In this document: positions 47,224 to 57,818 of the stretch, piece after piece
How the letters are laid out: each line of letters opens with the position of its first letter
How positions within the stretch are numbered: position 1 is the stretch's first letter
Source: Thermoproteota archaeon
Lineage (GTDB): Archaea > Korarchaeota > Korarchaeia > Korarchaeales > Korarchaeaceae
Length of the DNA: 64,000 nucleotides
Assembly: GCA_026986575.1 (NCBI GenBank)
Contig: JALSOH010000006.1
Span: 288,001 to 352,000 of the forward strand
Direction of reading: 5' to 3'
Position numbers and translations under genes: made by a program
The notes under the pieces: generated by a model
What the model was told of the DNA's origin: nothing
Database searches by the model: none
The model's input: the letters and a program-made list of their open reading frames with translations, nothing else

Positions 47224-48648
47224 TCACCTCCTCAGGAGCGGAATCATCATTATGAGGGTGGACACCAAGAGGATGAACAGGGTAGGCGGGAGCCCGAATA
47301 TAGGTGTAATCAAAGACTTCCTCGCACCGTGCAGCAGGGCCCAGTACAGACCTATCAGGAATCCGGAGGCGAGAGATGCTGCCGCGGCGTAGCCCATTAC
47401 CCTGCTCCTCCTACCGTAGAACCATCCGATCAGGGTGACTGGGGCTAGAGGAAGTAGCAGCGCCGATGCAAGCACGGATAGATCTACTATGAAGCCTATC
47501 TTCAGGTAGGCCACGTAGCTCAGGACGAGCAGCAGGGCGAGGATGGAGATCCTACCTAAATTTACCGCTGTCCTGTCCTCTCCTCCTAGGTAATGCTGGT
47601 ATACGTCCCTTGAGGCGGTGGAGGAGAGGGCTAGGACTATCGCATCCATGGTGGTTATCGCGGCGGCCACGATGGAGGTGAAGACGAAGACGGCAAGGGG
47701 GAGGGGGGCGTAGCCGAGAAGCGAGGGAGTGACCTGATCGCCCACCTTGATGACGGGGAGGCGCCCGACTTCGGTCAGGGCTCTGCTTGCGATCCCAATT
47801 ACCGTTACTATGACCGTGTATGAGAGGCCGAATAGGGTGAAAAGGGTGATGAGTCTCCTCAGGGCCCTCTCGTCCTTGGGTGTGTACAGCTTCTGGACCA
47901 CTTGGGGGTTGGTCACTGCAAAGAAAGCCCAAGGAATAGAGTAGGACACGAAGACTAGGGGAGACCATTTCATACCTAGGAGACCCTTCTCAGCCATTCT
48001 GGCTGTGCCGCTCGCTATGTCCGATCCACCCCACAGGAAGAGCCATACCACGAATCCGATGGCGGCAAGTATCATCCACAGGCCTTGGTACAGGTCGGTA
48101 GAAGCAAGGCTCCACATCCCAGACAGCCCCGTCCATATCAGAGCTGCAACCACTCCCAACAGGATACCGAGCCAGTAGAGACCGGGGGCCATTCCCTCAA
48201 CCATTCTGCCGACGGCTATGAGCTGGGCCGAGGCGTAGGGTATTAGGGCTAGGAGGTACATGGCTGCCACGATGAGAGAGAGTGGCTTCAGGCCGTACAG
48301 GTCTGAGATCATCTCAGCTGGGCTCACCCAGTTCCTTTCCTTGGCTAACTTCCAGACCTTGGGTGCGACGTAGCTTAGGAGGAACATGGTGGATAGGAGG
48401 TAGGTTATCTCGAACCCGAAAGCTCCCACTCCTGTCGCGTATGTGAGCCCGACCAGTCCCACCATCATGAAAGCTGAGTAGGTGGTCGCTGCGTAGGATA
48501 TAGCAGCTAGTATGCCGCCCAGCCTATGGCCCGCCACGTAGTAATCGCTCGTGGTCTTTATTCCCACCCTCCTAGATAGGAGGGCTATAATCGTCCCCAC
48601 CAGCAGGTAGAGGGTCAGGGTGATCACCGCTGCGGCCAGCTCCTCCAT
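47224..48648 (-). CDS. Sodium:solute symporter (SSS family)
   Basis: Motifs DYYVAGH, ATTYSAF, TDLYQG, AAAITTMD. Confidence 0.9.
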   Translation of the reverse strand: MEELAAAVITLTLYLLVGTIIALLSRRVGIKTTSDYYVAGHRLGGILAAISYAATTYSAFMMVGLVGLTYATGVGAFGFEITYLLSTMFLLSYVAPKVWKLAKERNWVSPAEMISDLYGLKPLSLIVAAMYLLALIPYASAQLIAVGRMVEGMAPGLYWLGILLGVVAALIWTGLSGMWSLASTDLYQGLWMILAAIGFVVWLFLWGGSDIASGTARMAEKGLLGMKWSPLVFVSYSIPWAFFAVTNPQVVQKLYTPKDERALRRLITLFTLFGLSYTVIVTVIGIASRALTEVGRLPVIKVGDQVTPSLLGYAPLPLAVFVFTSIVAAAITTMDAIVLALSSTASRDVYQHYLGGEDRTAVNLGRISILALLLVLSYVAYLKIGFIVDLSVLASALLLPLAPVTLIGWFYGRRSRVMGYAAAASLASGFLIGLYWALLHGARKSLITPIFGLPPTLFILLVSTLIMMIPLLRR

Positions 48649-48818
48649 GAGACATCCCCCCTAAGGTAGATCAAGGTGACTGCGAAGTGAACCAGCGTGA
48701 GAGCCAGCCAGAACGCGTACAGCGAGAGATCCCTGCATTCCCTGAGTACGAGGTAAGGCACCATGTAGGATAAGGTTAAGACAAGCAAGCTCCACGCCAG
48801 ATAGGCCTTGTCCCTCAT
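48624..48818 (-). CDS. Small two-TM accessory protein of the SSS transporter
   Basis: 64 aa with two hydrophobic helices; overlaps the SSS start. Confidence 0.7.
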   Translation of the reverse strand: MRDKAYLAWSLLVLTLSYMVPYLVLRECRDLSLYAFWLALTLVHFAVTLIYLRGDVSWRSWPQR

Positions 48819-49072
48819 ACCAACTCCCTCAGGTACTCATAAAACCTAAGCAAACCCTCCCTACCCACCGGTTCGTAGTCGACGTTCTCTATCACCCTTA
48901 CATGGTTGATACATGGTTGAAGGATACCTTAAACTCTTCCAGCACCCTCGCATGGATCTCGGCCATCCTGTTCAATTCATCGCATCCACAGCTCCTGAGT
49001 AGCCTGTTCACGATCAGAGCCCTGACCTTTATGCCCATCCCCACCCTTTCCCCAGAAGCTGACGAGCCTCAT
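48815..49072 (-). pseudogene. arsA: ArsA/GET3-family ATPase remnant (large internal deletion plus 11-bp duplication)
   Basis: MRLVSFWGKGG is joined directly to MGIKVRALIVNRL..YEPVGREGL..LV*. Tandem TACATGGTTGA x2 at 48899-48920 breaks the frame. Confidence 0.8.
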
Positions 49073-49124
49073 CTGGAATGAGGGTGCCTTACAAGATTTA
49101 ACAGATAATAATAAAAATTAGGAT

Positions 49125-49838
49125 TTAGAGACCCAGATAGGCCTTCTTTATCCTCTCACTACCCTCCAACTCTTCCTTAGGACCCGACAGGACTATTCTC
49201 CCCTGCTCTATCACGTAGCCATAGTCCGCTATCTCTAGGGACATGTGCACATTCTGCTCAACTAGAAAGACGGTGAGCTTCTCGTCGTCCCTTAGCTTCC
49301 TGACCACATTCATTATCTCGCCAACCAGCTTGGGTGCTAGCCCTAAGGAGGGCTCGTCCATGAGCAGAATCTTCGGATCCGCCATGAGGGCCCTCCCGAT
49401 GGCGAGCATCTGCTGCTCTCCGCCACTCAGAGTACCGGCCAGCTGGTCTCTCCTCTCCCTCAACCTCGGAAACAGGCTGTACACCAAATCCAAGCTACTG
49501 TTGAACTTATCCCTCGCTCTCTTGGTGTAAGCGCCCAGCTCAAGGTTCTCGAAGACCGTGAGCTCGGGCCAGAGCCTCCTGCCCTCAGGAACCATCACTA
49601 TCCCCAACTCGACCCTCTTGTGTGCCGGGAGCTTGGTCACATCCTCGCCCCCCAGCAGGATCTGGCCCTTCCAGGGCGGAAGAATGCCACTGGTGACCCT
49701 GAGCGTGGTGGTTTTCCCTGCACCGTTGCTCCCTAGCATGACTGTTATGATACCCTCGTCGGCCTGCAGGTTTATGTCCCAGAGGACTTGAGTCTCACCA
49801 TATCCAGCATCTATGTCCTTTAACTCAAGAAGAGCCAT
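49125..49838 (-). CDS. livF: Branched-chain amino acid ABC transporter ATPase
   Basis: Motifs GSNGAGKTT, VPEGR, LSGGEQQM, DEPSLGLAP. Confidence 0.93.
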   Translation of the reverse strand: MALLELKDIDAGYGETQVLWDINLQADEGIITVMLGSNGAGKTTTLRVTSGILPPWKGQILLGGEDVTKLPAHKRVELGIVMVPEGRRLWPELTVFENLELGAYTKRARDKFNSSLDLVYSLFPRLRERRDQLAGTLSGGEQQMLAIGRALMADPKILLMDEPSLGLAPKLVGEIMNVVRKLRDDEKLTVFLVEQNVHMSLEIADYGYVIEQGRIVLSGPKEELEGSERIKKAYLGL

Positions 49839-50610
49839 CTCCCTCGCCCCCTTTCCTCCTAACAAACCTCAACGCGTATCTAGGATCCCCTAGGTAGGCG
49901 GTTATCACCTCCGGGTTGTTGGCAACCTCCTCAGGGGTACCTTCGGCAATCTTCCAGCCGAAATGCAGTACCACTATCCTATCTGCGATGTTCATCACTG
50001 CATGCATCACATGCTCTATCATTATGATGCTCAGGTCCCTCTCCTCCTTTACCTTCTTTATGATCTCAAGGGCCTCCTCTACCTCCTTAGGGTTCAGACC
50101 AGCCAGCACCTCGTCGAGCAGAAGCAGCTCCGGTTCAGCGGAGAGGGCCCTAGCCAGCTCCAGCATCTTCTTCTGCCTGAGCGTCAGCTTCACGGCGAAC
50201 TCCTCGGCCTTCTCTGCTAAACCTACCAGCTCCAAGGACTGATAAGCGATTTCCTTAGCCTCTCCTATGGTTATCTGGTGGGCTCTCTTCCCGAAGAGCG
50301 CCCCTACCATGGCGTTTTCCAGTACTGTCATGTCATTGAACGGCTTCACTATCTGGTGGGTCTTAGCTATCCCCTTCCTGGTGATGACGTGGGGTGGCTT
50401 GCCCGTTATGTCCTCCCCCTTGAATATGACTCTACCCTCGTCTGGCTTGTAGACACCGGTTATGACGTTGAAGAGCGTGGTCTTCCCGGCTCCGTTAGGA
50501 CCTATGAGTCCTAAGATCTCCCCCCTCTTCATAGAGAAGGTGACCTTGCTGTTGGCGACTAATCCACCGAACCTCTTCGTGACATTCTCAACAACCAAAA
50601 TATCCTCCAT
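49825..50610 (-). CDS. livG: Branched-chain amino acid ABC transporter ATPase
   Basis: Motifs KRFGGL, GPNGAGKTT, AYLG. Confidence 0.93.
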   Translation of the reverse strand: MEDILVVENVTKRFGGLVANSKVTFSMKRGEILGLIGPNGAGKTTLFNVITGVYKPDEGRVIFKGEDITGKPPHVITRKGIAKTHQIVKPFNDMTVLENAMVGALFGKRAHQITIGEAKEIAYQSLELVGLAEKAEEFAVKLTLRQKKMLELARALSAEPELLLLDEVLAGLNPKEVEEALEIIKKVKEERDLSIIMIEHVMHAVMNIADRIVVLHFGWKIAEGTPEEVANNPEVITAYLGDPRYALRFVRRKGGEGDGSS

Positions 50611-50624
50611 TCCATCCCCTCCTC

Positions 50625-51638
50625 CTACTCCAGAAGGTCTCTCAACCTCACTCCCTTCACTTTATACTTCCTAAGGAGCCCTATGAGTCCCTCAGGGAAG
50701 AATAGGACCACTATAGCCACTATGATTCCCAAGATGATCAGGTTCACGCCCGGGTAGTGCACTAATAGGAGGTCGTAGAGCTCGAAGTATATCAATGAAC
50801 CCACAACGGGTCCCAATACAGTTCCCAGCCCCCCTATAACTATCATGACTATCATGTCTATGCTGTGTCCCAAGTTGAAAAGGGTCTCGTCCACGCCTCC
50901 ACCATTGAGCGAGAATAGAGCACCCACCATTCCCGCGAAGAACCCAGCTAGGGTGAAGGCTATTATCTTGAACATAGTGGTGGGAACTCCCAATACCTCG
51001 GCAGCATCTTCATCCTCCTTTATAGCCGTCAGTCCCACGCCGAAAGGCGACTTCCTGATGTAGTAGTTCACGGCCAGCAGGATGATCAGGGTCAGGAACA
51101 TGGCGTTGAACACCACATCCTTCTCCACTATCTTGTCAGCTGGCAGGATTATCTGGGCTCCGAAGAACTGCTCCGGATTAAGCTCAGGCACTATGGCCTT
51201 CATCAGATAGAGGGCTGTGAAGTCCAATCCTATGGTAGCGATGGCGAAGAAGGCGCCTCTGAGCCTTAGCACCGCAGCTCCAACACTGGCAGCTATGACA
51301 GCTGCGAAGAGGCCAGCGAGCACGGCGACCAAGAATGCTCCGAGACCGAAGCCCATATTCTGGAGTTGGGCTAAGGGTTTGACGAAGTACACTAAGAGCA
51401 CGTAGGCGTAGCCTCCCAGTCCCAAGAACACAGCATGTCCGAAGCTCACGTAGCCAGCGAATCCCATGATTATGTTTAGCGAAAGAGCGATACCCATGAA
51501 GTACATGATGGTCATCAACGTGTCTAGGGTACTCATTCCCAGTATCCTTGCGATGAGTATCCCGAGCACCACGAACACGATCACTATGAGTGTGGGGCTC
51601 TTGAGGTAGTGGGATAGAGTGCTCTCCTTACCGGTCAT
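50625..51638 (-). CDS. livM: Branched-chain amino acid ABC permease
   Basis: Motifs GFAGYVSFGH, LRLRG.FFAIAT, EDEDAAEVLGV. Confidence 0.9.
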   Translation of the reverse strand: MTGKESTLSHYLKSPTLIVIVFVVLGILIARILGMSTLDTLMTIMYFMGIALSLNIIMGFAGYVSFGHAVFLGLGGYAYVLLVYFVKPLAQLQNMGFGLGAFLVAVLAGLFAAVIAASVGAAVLRLRGAFFAIATIGLDFTALYLMKAIVPELNPEQFFGAQIILPADKIVEKDVVFNAMFLTLIILLAVNYYIRKSPFGVGLTAIKEDEDAAEVLGVPTTMFKIIAFTLAGFFAGMVGALFSLNGGGVDETLFNLGHSIDMIVMIVIGGLGTVLGPVVGSLIYFELYDLLLVHYPGVNLIILGIIVAIVVLFFPEGLIGLLRKYKVKGVRLRDLLE

Positions 51639-51639
51639 C

Positions 51640-52566
51640 TCACCTCTTCCTCCCGAATATTCCCTCGGGCTTGAACAGCAGGATCAGTATGAGGACTATG
51701 AAAGCTGTGGACAGGGCTACCGGGTCACTGATCCTCGGATTGAATATGGATACCACGACTTTAGACAGGCCATAAATTATTCCTATTATGATGCCGGCGA
51801 CCAAAGATCCAACCACGCTACCGAGTCCTCCGAGTACCACGACTACGAAGCCGAGAGGAGCGTATTTGTACGCTATCTCCGGGGTCACTGATGCCTCGAA
51901 TAGGAGGACCATGAACCCTGAGAAGACAGTTAAACCTATCCCCAAGACTGTGGTAAGCAGCTTTATCTTCACGGGATTGATCCCGACTAGAGAGGCTGCT
52001 TGAGCGTCCTGCATGACCGCCCTTATGGACTTGCCAAGTATTGTCCTGTCTAAAAAGAGGTAGACGATTGTAACGCTTATCAGAGCGAGAGCATCTGCAA
52101 GCAGGATGTTTGTTCTGATAGTCGTTCCCAGAACCCTTATGAAGGGAAGGCCTATGCTCCAGAGACCGAAACCCCTAGGTTCGCTCCCGAAGATGTAATA
52201 ATAGAAATTGAGTAAGGCTATGCTCAACGCGAACATGGCCAGCAGGGTAGACATCTCTATCTTCAGCGTTATCTTCTCTACCTTGCCCACCAGCTTGTGG
52301 AGAAGCGCCCAATAAATCAGGAATCCGGCGGCTAGTCCCACTAGTAAGGCCACTAAACCGCCTATCAAGGGGCTTATGCCGTATTGCGAGAACAGGACTA
52401 TCGCCACATAAGATCCCATCAGTATTGCCTCTCCCTGAGCCAAGTTCACTACTTTCATGACCCCCCACAGTAGGGTGAGTCCCACGGCAGCGAATCCTAG
52501 GATTATGCCCCACAGGAAACCGTTAACCAGGTTAATCGCAAGGATCGACACATCCATAACGACCAC
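51640..52566 (-). CDS. livH: Branched-chain amino acid ABC permease
   Basis: Motifs GLTLLWGVMKVVNLAQGE, GKSIRAV.QD, VVLGGLGS. Confidence 0.9.
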   Translation of the reverse strand: MVVMDVSILAINLVNGFLWGIILGFAAVGLTLLWGVMKVVNLAQGEAILMGSYVAIVLFSQYGISPLIGGLVALLVGLAAGFLIYWALLHKLVGKVEKITLKIEMSTLLAMFALSIALLNFYYYIFGSEPRGFGLWSIGLPFIRVLGTTIRTNILLADALALISVTIVYLFLDRTILGKSIRAVMQDAQAASLVGINPVKIKLLTTVLGIGLTVFSGFMVLLFEASVTPEIAYKYAPLGFVVVVLGGLGSVVGSLVAGIIIGIIYGLSKVVVSIFNPRISDPVALSTAFIVLILILLFKPEGIFGRKR

Positions 52567-52597
52567 CCAAAAATAAGGGGGAAGAGGGGAAGAAGAC

Positions 52598-53974
52598 TTA
52601 CCTCTTGTACCAGTTCTCGGCTGGGTATATTGGGCTAGCCTGAGCCGCCTCCGGCGGATAAACTATCTTCTTCTCACCGGCCTGCCACTGCACGACCACC
52701 ATCTGGTGGCCCACCTGCAGTCCGGTGGCTGGATCTATCTTGAGCCTTCCGAAGAAGGTCATCATGTCCACTTTGTTGAAGGCCGCCCTGACGGCGTCAG
52801 AGTCTAGGCTCCCAGCGACTTCTATCGCCCTAGCTAGGTGCAGTATGGCGGCAGTAGCCTCAGCAGCATGGTAGTCCGGCATGCCTCCTCCAGAGATCTC
52901 CTTGTACATCTGTATGTACTCCTCATTGGTGGGCCCGAACCACTCTATTCCGAGCTTCTTGGCAGCCTCAGGACTGTACTTGACTCCTATCTCCCACTGG
53001 GCAGGATACATCACGCCATTGGCTGCTTCTTTCAACTGTTCCTTGAATTGAGCTAACGCGGGTGCTACTATGATGCCTATACCCTTCAGCTTCCATCCGA
53101 GCTGCCAGGCCTGCTGCACTAGCGCAGTTCCATCGGCGAAGTGACCACCGCCGAGGAGTACATCAGCGCCAGCGGCCATGGCTTCGTTTATTATGGATCC
53201 GAACTCGGTGGCTCCCTTCTCATAGGGCTTCTCGTAGACTAACTTGAGGCCTTTCTTTTGAATTTCATCCTTAGCTCCCTTGGCTACGGTTGCGGCAAAT
53301 GCAGCATTCTCATATATTAGAGCTATCTTGGCATTCGGATCCTTCTCGGCTATGAGATCGACCACGCTCCTCAGGTAGGTGGTAGCGGGACTCAAGGTCT
53401 GTACCACGTACTTGTAACCCTGTTGGAAGATGGAGTCGCTCGCACCTCCGTGGCTTACCATGACTATCTTGTTCTGCTCTGCAACTGGAGCGGCAGCCTT
53501 AGTCAGACCGGATGAGTACGGGGCTAGCAGGAAGTTCACCTTATCCTCAGTTATCAGCTTACTGTAGAGCTCCGGTACTCTCTGGCTGCTGCTTTCGTCG
53601 TCATAGTACTTCAGTTCAACCTTGTAAACCTTGTCTCCAACCTTTATTCCTCCATGCACCTCGTTCAGCCACTTTATAGCGACCTTAAATCCGTTCAGAG
53701 CGTACTCTCCCTCATGGGCGAATTTGCCCTTCAGGGAGATCGTGGTACCTATGTAGATAGTGCCAGCGAATCCCATTGGTTTCTGAGTGGTGGTTGGGGT
53801 GGTGGCCTGGGCTGCAGGGGTAATTGTCTTGGTGACCGTGACAACCTTGCTTTTGGTGACAGTAGTTGTGACCACCTGTCCGGGTGAAGACATCGCGATT
53901 GCGGCGCCCACGATAAGGCCTATTACTAAGAACGCTATCGCGGTCACATACTTGGAAACTCCATACCTCTTCAT
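52598..53974 (-). CDS. livK: Branched-chain amino acid ABC substrate-binding protein
   Basis: N-terminal TM, Thr-rich linker, YDDES, APYSS, TFFGRLK. Confidence 0.85.
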   Translation of the reverse strand: MKRYGVSKYVTAIAFLVIGLIVGAAIAMSSPGQVVTTTVTKSKVVTVTKTITPAAQATTPTTTQKPMGFAGTIYIGTTISLKGKFAHEGEYALNGFKVAIKWLNEVHGGIKVGDKVYKVELKYYDDESSSQRVPELYSKLITEDKVNFLLAPYSSGLTKAAAPVAEQNKIVMVSHGGASDSIFQQGYKYVVQTLSPATTYLRSVVDLIAEKDPNAKIALIYENAAFAATVAKGAKDEIQKKGLKLVYEKPYEKGATEFGSIINEAMAAGADVLLGGGHFADGTALVQQAWQLGWKLKGIGIIVAPALAQFKEQLKEAANGVMYPAQWEIGVKYSPEAAKKLGIEWFGPTNEEYIQMYKEISGGGMPDYHAAEATAAILHLARAIEVAGSLDSDAVRAAFNKVDMMTFFGRLKIDPATGLQVGHQMVVVQWQAGEKKIVYPPEAAQASPIYPAENWYKR

Positions 53975-54329
53975 GGGAAGTACCTCCCTTTTCACACAAG
54001 ACGTGCGGGAAGGGTGCTATTACGTGCTCTGGAACGCTTACTTATAAATACTGCCTTATCGTGAACATTAATTAAGATGATTAACTCGTTCTTTTGTAAG
54101 AAAAAATAACATTTCTACTCATTCAATTAAAAACTCTTAATTTCCCAGTTGCACAATACCGGTTGTCAAGCCTCACTAAACCTGCCGTCAACCGGCTTAT
54201 TTCCTAGGAGCGAGATGAAGTATTTTACCTCATTGAGACCAGTATAATAGAACACTTTAAAGAATGATCATACGTGATCCCCACCAACGCTTAATAGAAT
54301 CTATACGCATCACGGGCTGGTAGGCTGCC

Positions 54330-55697
54330 ATGAAGATAGCTATGATCTTGGCTGGTGGTTTCGGAACTAGACTCTGGCCGCTCAGCCGGAAAGAATATCC
54401 AAAACAGTTTGCTAAGGTTCTAGGTGATCTTTCCACCTATCAGCAGGCCCTCAAACGGGCCACCATCGTGGCCGATGATGTAATGATAGTCACGTCTGAG
54501 ATGTACAAGTATCAAGTGATAGGTCAGGCTAGGGAGATGGACATAGATCTGGACGAGGAGAAGGTCATTTTAGAGCCTGATAGGAAGGATACGGCGCCCG
54601 CTATCTACTACGGACTCATGAGAGCTATGGACCTGTTCGGCTCCTCCATCGATGTGACGGTCTTCCCGTCAGATCACATGATCCTGAATGAGTCGGAGTT
54701 GTTTAGAGCACTCTCTTCGTCCCTCAAGTCCGCGGAGCATGGAAGGATATCCCTCATCTCCGTTCCTCCATCGAAGCCCGAACCCGGGTTCGGTTACATA
54801 AAAGCTGGGAGGGAACTCGATGAGGGAGTTTACGAGGTAGAGAAGTTCGTCGAGAAGCCAGGGGTTGAGCGAGCGAAGGAGATGTTGAAGGAGGGGAACT
54901 GGTTCTGGAGCACCATGATCATGTCTTTCAAAGCCCATATCATGGTGAAGGTCATTGAAGAGAATCTACCTGGGGTTTCGGAGCCCTTCAAAAGATTTGA
55001 TGATCCAAAGGAAGCATACAGGAACGTTCAGAAGGTAGATGTTAGCTCGGGCGCGCTGGCCAAGGTGCCGCACCTGCTATCCATCGTTCCCACTAAGAAT
55101 TTAGGATGGAGCGACCTAGGAAGCTTTGAGTCGATATACGAACTTCTTGATAAGGATGACAAGGGAAACGCCATAAACGGACGTGTGAAGCATGCTAGAT
55201 CTGATGGAAATCTGGTACTGTCGAAGAGATTGGTTGCCTTGGTCGGAGTCCGGGACATGATTGTGGTGGACGACGAGGACGCCATTCTCGTAATGCCCAA
55301 GGGAAGAGGCCAAGAGCTCAGGGAACTCGTCGAAGCCATGCTCAAGGAGAATGTGCCTGAGGTGCTGAGACACAGAGTGACCTACGAGCCATGGGGAACT
55401 AAGACGACTCTCCTCAGGGGGGAGGGTTATGAGGTGAGCAGGCTGAGGATTTATCCGGGGAAGGGGTTCGGACCTAGAAAGCACTATCACAGGAGCATCT
55501 ACTGGCAGGTGCTCACCGGAACTGCCAGAGTCATGGTCAACGGGGAGAAGAGGATAATAACAAGGGGAAAGGGAGCAGAGGTACCTGTGGGGTACTCGTA
55601 CACGCTGGAGAATCCTGGGAAGATCCCCTTAGACATAATAGAGATTGCCACAGGAGAGTACTTGGGGAGCGACGACGTGGACGAATCAGGTTTTTAA
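54330..55697 (+). CDS. manC: Mannose-1-phosphate guanylyltransferase / mannose-6-phosphate isomerase
   Basis: LAGGFGTRLWPLSR..PKQF, FVEKP, WSDLGS; C-terminal cupin. Confidence 0.9.
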   Translation: MKIAMILAGGFGTRLWPLSRKEYPKQFAKVLGDLSTYQQALKRATIVADDVMIVTSEMYKYQVIGQAREMDIDLDEEKVILEPDRKDTAPAIYYGLMRAMDLFGSSIDVTVFPSDHMILNESELFRALSSSLKSAEHGRISLISVPPSKPEPGFGYIKAGRELDEGVYEVEKFVEKPGVERAKEMLKEGNWFWSTMIMSFKAHIMVKVIEENLPGVSEPFKRFDDPKEAYRNVQKVDVSSGALAKVPHLLSIVPTKNLGWSDLGSFESIYELLDKDDKGNAINGRVKHARSDGNLVLSKRLVALVGVRDMIVVDDEDAILVMPKGRGQELRELVEAMLKENVPEVLRHRVTYEPWGTKTTLLRGEGYEVSRLRIYPGKGFGPRKHYHRSIYWQVLTGTARVMVNGEKRIITRGKGAEVPVGYSYTLENPGKIPLDIIEIATGEYLGSDDVDESGF

Positions 55698-55721
55698 CCT
55701 TGACTTTGGGGAAGAGGAGGA

Positions 55722-56924
55722 ATGGCCTCAGAGGATGAGCCAAGGAACGTAAGGGATATCTTGGTAGAGATGAAGGATGCATCTGAGTTCGCCTTGAGCC
55801 TCGCATACGCCTCTCTAATGTACCAAGACAGGGAGTTGGCTGAGGAGGTCTTGGGTCTGGAATCTGAGCTCGATGAACTGAGATATAACCTCTTCAAGAC
55901 GACGATCGTCGCCGGCAGATCTCCTAAGGAGGCTGAGGAGCTCGCTGCCCTGTTGGATATAGGCATAGCTGTGGACGAGATATCGGATGCAATGGCTGAC
56001 CTTGTGAGACTGGTCCTCAAAGGATATCCCGTCCATCCCGCCTTAAGCTGGATGCTCTACACCGCAGAGGAGATCATAGGACTCGTGAGGATCGAGGAAG
56101 CGTCTCCTTTAATATCCATGAGGGGAGAGGACCTGTACGATCCCGCGAACATGGCCGGCTGCGAGGTACTCGCTGTCAAGAAGAAGGGAAGATGGATATT
56201 TGATGTTCCTCCCGACTTGGAGCTTGAAGTAGGGGACCTACTTCTGCTGGAAGGCACAAAGGACAGCATAGAGACGGCTAGGGCTTTGGCTCGGGGAGAG
56301 AACTCCAAGCCTGTGGTACCAGAGAAACCATTGGAGAAGGTCGATGAGGCCTCTAAAGAGATAGCTGAGAGGCTGAACAGTATGAAAAGCCTATCGGAAC
56401 TCGCAATATATCTCGCCTATGCCTCCATCCTCTATAACAATCCGGCTATGGCTTCTGAAGTATCTAGGCTGGAAGACGAGCTCGATGAACTGGAAGACGA
56501 GCTCTTCGCTAAGGTGATCACGGACCTCCTCCCTAGCTCGCGGCCCGAGGAAGTTATACCACTGATAAGGGCAGCATCAGCATCTGAAAGGTTGGGAGAT
56601 GCGGCCTCTAGGATGGCCCTAATAGTGGAGAGAGGAGTTCCAGCTCATCCGGTCTTGGAGATCGTAGTGGAGGAAAGCGAGGATACTGTGGTGAGGGTAG
56701 CACTGAGGGAGGACAGCGAGGCCGTGGGATGGAAGATAGGGGATCTAGACCTAGAGGAGAAGACAGGCATGTGGATACTTGCGATAAAGAGGGGAGTTAG
56801 GTGGATATACGCACCTAAGGACGAGGAGATCCTAAGAGAGGGCGATATCCTAATCCTGACCGGCCCGAAAGAGGGTGTGGAGGACGCAATAAAAGTGTTA
56901 GGAGGGGAACTGCTGGAGGATTGA
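55722..56924 (+). CDS. Tandem PhoU + TrkA-C domain protein
   Basis: Two repeats of EMK..SE....LAYAS followed by a TrkA-C segment (AIKRG..WI..P..GD). Confidence 0.85.
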   Translation: MASEDEPRNVRDILVEMKDASEFALSLAYASLMYQDRELAEEVLGLESELDELRYNLFKTTIVAGRSPKEAEELAALLDIGIAVDEISDAMADLVRLVLKGYPVHPALSWMLYTAEEIIGLVRIEEASPLISMRGEDLYDPANMAGCEVLAVKKKGRWIFDVPPDLELEVGDLLLLEGTKDSIETARALARGENSKPVVPEKPLEKVDEASKEIAERLNSMKSLSELAIYLAYASILYNNPAMASEVSRLEDELDELEDELFAKVITDLLPSSRPEEVIPLIRAASASERLGDAASRMALIVERGVPAHPVLEIVVEESEDTVVRVALREDSEAVGWKIGDLDLEEKTGMWILAIKRGVRWIYAPKDEEILREGDILILTGPKEGVEDAIKVLGGELLED

Positions 56925-56936
56925 AGATCAGATTCC

Positions 56937-57818
56937 CTAGGAGCCCTTTTTCTTTCTTATCTCCTCTATCAGCCTAGGGACCACCTCATAAAGATCCGCC
57001 ACAACAAAGTAGTCGCTCACCTCTGATATGGGAGCATCAGGATCTGTATTTACCGATATGACCGTTTCTGCGTCTCTGAAACCGACCACATGCTGTATCT
57101 GGCCAGAGATACCCAAAGCTAGGTAGATCCTCGGCTTCACTCTCACACCGGTCATTCCAACGTGCCTCTCCTCCGGCAGCCACTTAAAGTCCGCAGAGAT
57201 GGGCCTGGTGCACGCGATCTCCGCGCCTAGAAGGGATGCTAACTCCCTTATCATCTCTAGATCTTCCTTCTTCTTGAGGCCCCTGCCAACGGACACGATT
57301 ATCTCAGCCTTTGAGAGGTCGACCTCCGCCTCCCTCTCCCTCCTCTCGAGTAAATTGATCCTCGGGGAACAATCTACCTTCAGCTCCTCTACTGCCAAGG
57401 GGTCTCCACCCTCGGAAATAGGCTCAAATGCATCTAGGTCCACAGTGATGACGGCAGGGAGAGGAACCTTCAGCTTCTCAATGCCTCTCCCGCTGAACAC
57501 CATCCTCGATATTACCAACTGACCACTTAGCTCGAGCTCTTGGGCATCTGAAAGGTAAGAAATCCTTTTGCGAGCTGCTACCCTAGCTCCTATCTCCTTG
57601 AAGTCCCTCGTTGAGGGAAGAAGCATCAGGTCGAATTCCCTTTCACTCAAGGCGCTGGTCCAGCAGTCGTTAAGAGTCAGATCAGCAACTACAAGCTTGT
57701 CAACTGGTACAGAGACCCTGTCAGTACTTACAGCCTCAATGACCTCGGGGGACAGGGACTTAGCGGCACTAACCAGCTTGGGCAAATTGGACGGGTCGGA
57801 GGCCACAATTACCTTCAT
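56937..57818 (-). CDS. etfA: Electron transfer flavoprotein alpha subunit
   Basis: Motifs VSVGRG, VGMTG, GISGQIQH, NTDPDAPI. Confidence 0.92.
   Translation of the reverse strand: MKVIVASDPSNLPKLVSAAKSLSPEVIEAVSTDRVSVPVDKLVVADLTLNDCWTSALSEREFDLMLLPSTRDFKEIGARVAARKRISYLSDAQELELSGQLVISRMVFSGRGIEKLKVPLPAVITVDLDAFEPISEGGDPLAVEELKVDCSPRINLLERREREAEVDLSKAEIIVSVGRGLKKKEDLEMIRELASLLGAEIACTRPISADFKWLPEERHVGMTGVRVKPRIYLALGISGQIQHVVGFRDAETVISVNTDPDAPISEVSDYFVVADLYEVVPRLIEEIRKKKGS

Noticed and set aside
54159-54195. 7-bp inverted repeat CCGGTTG/CAACCGG in the liv-manC intergenic region
   Set aside because: Short and plausible by chance; no second instance was found.
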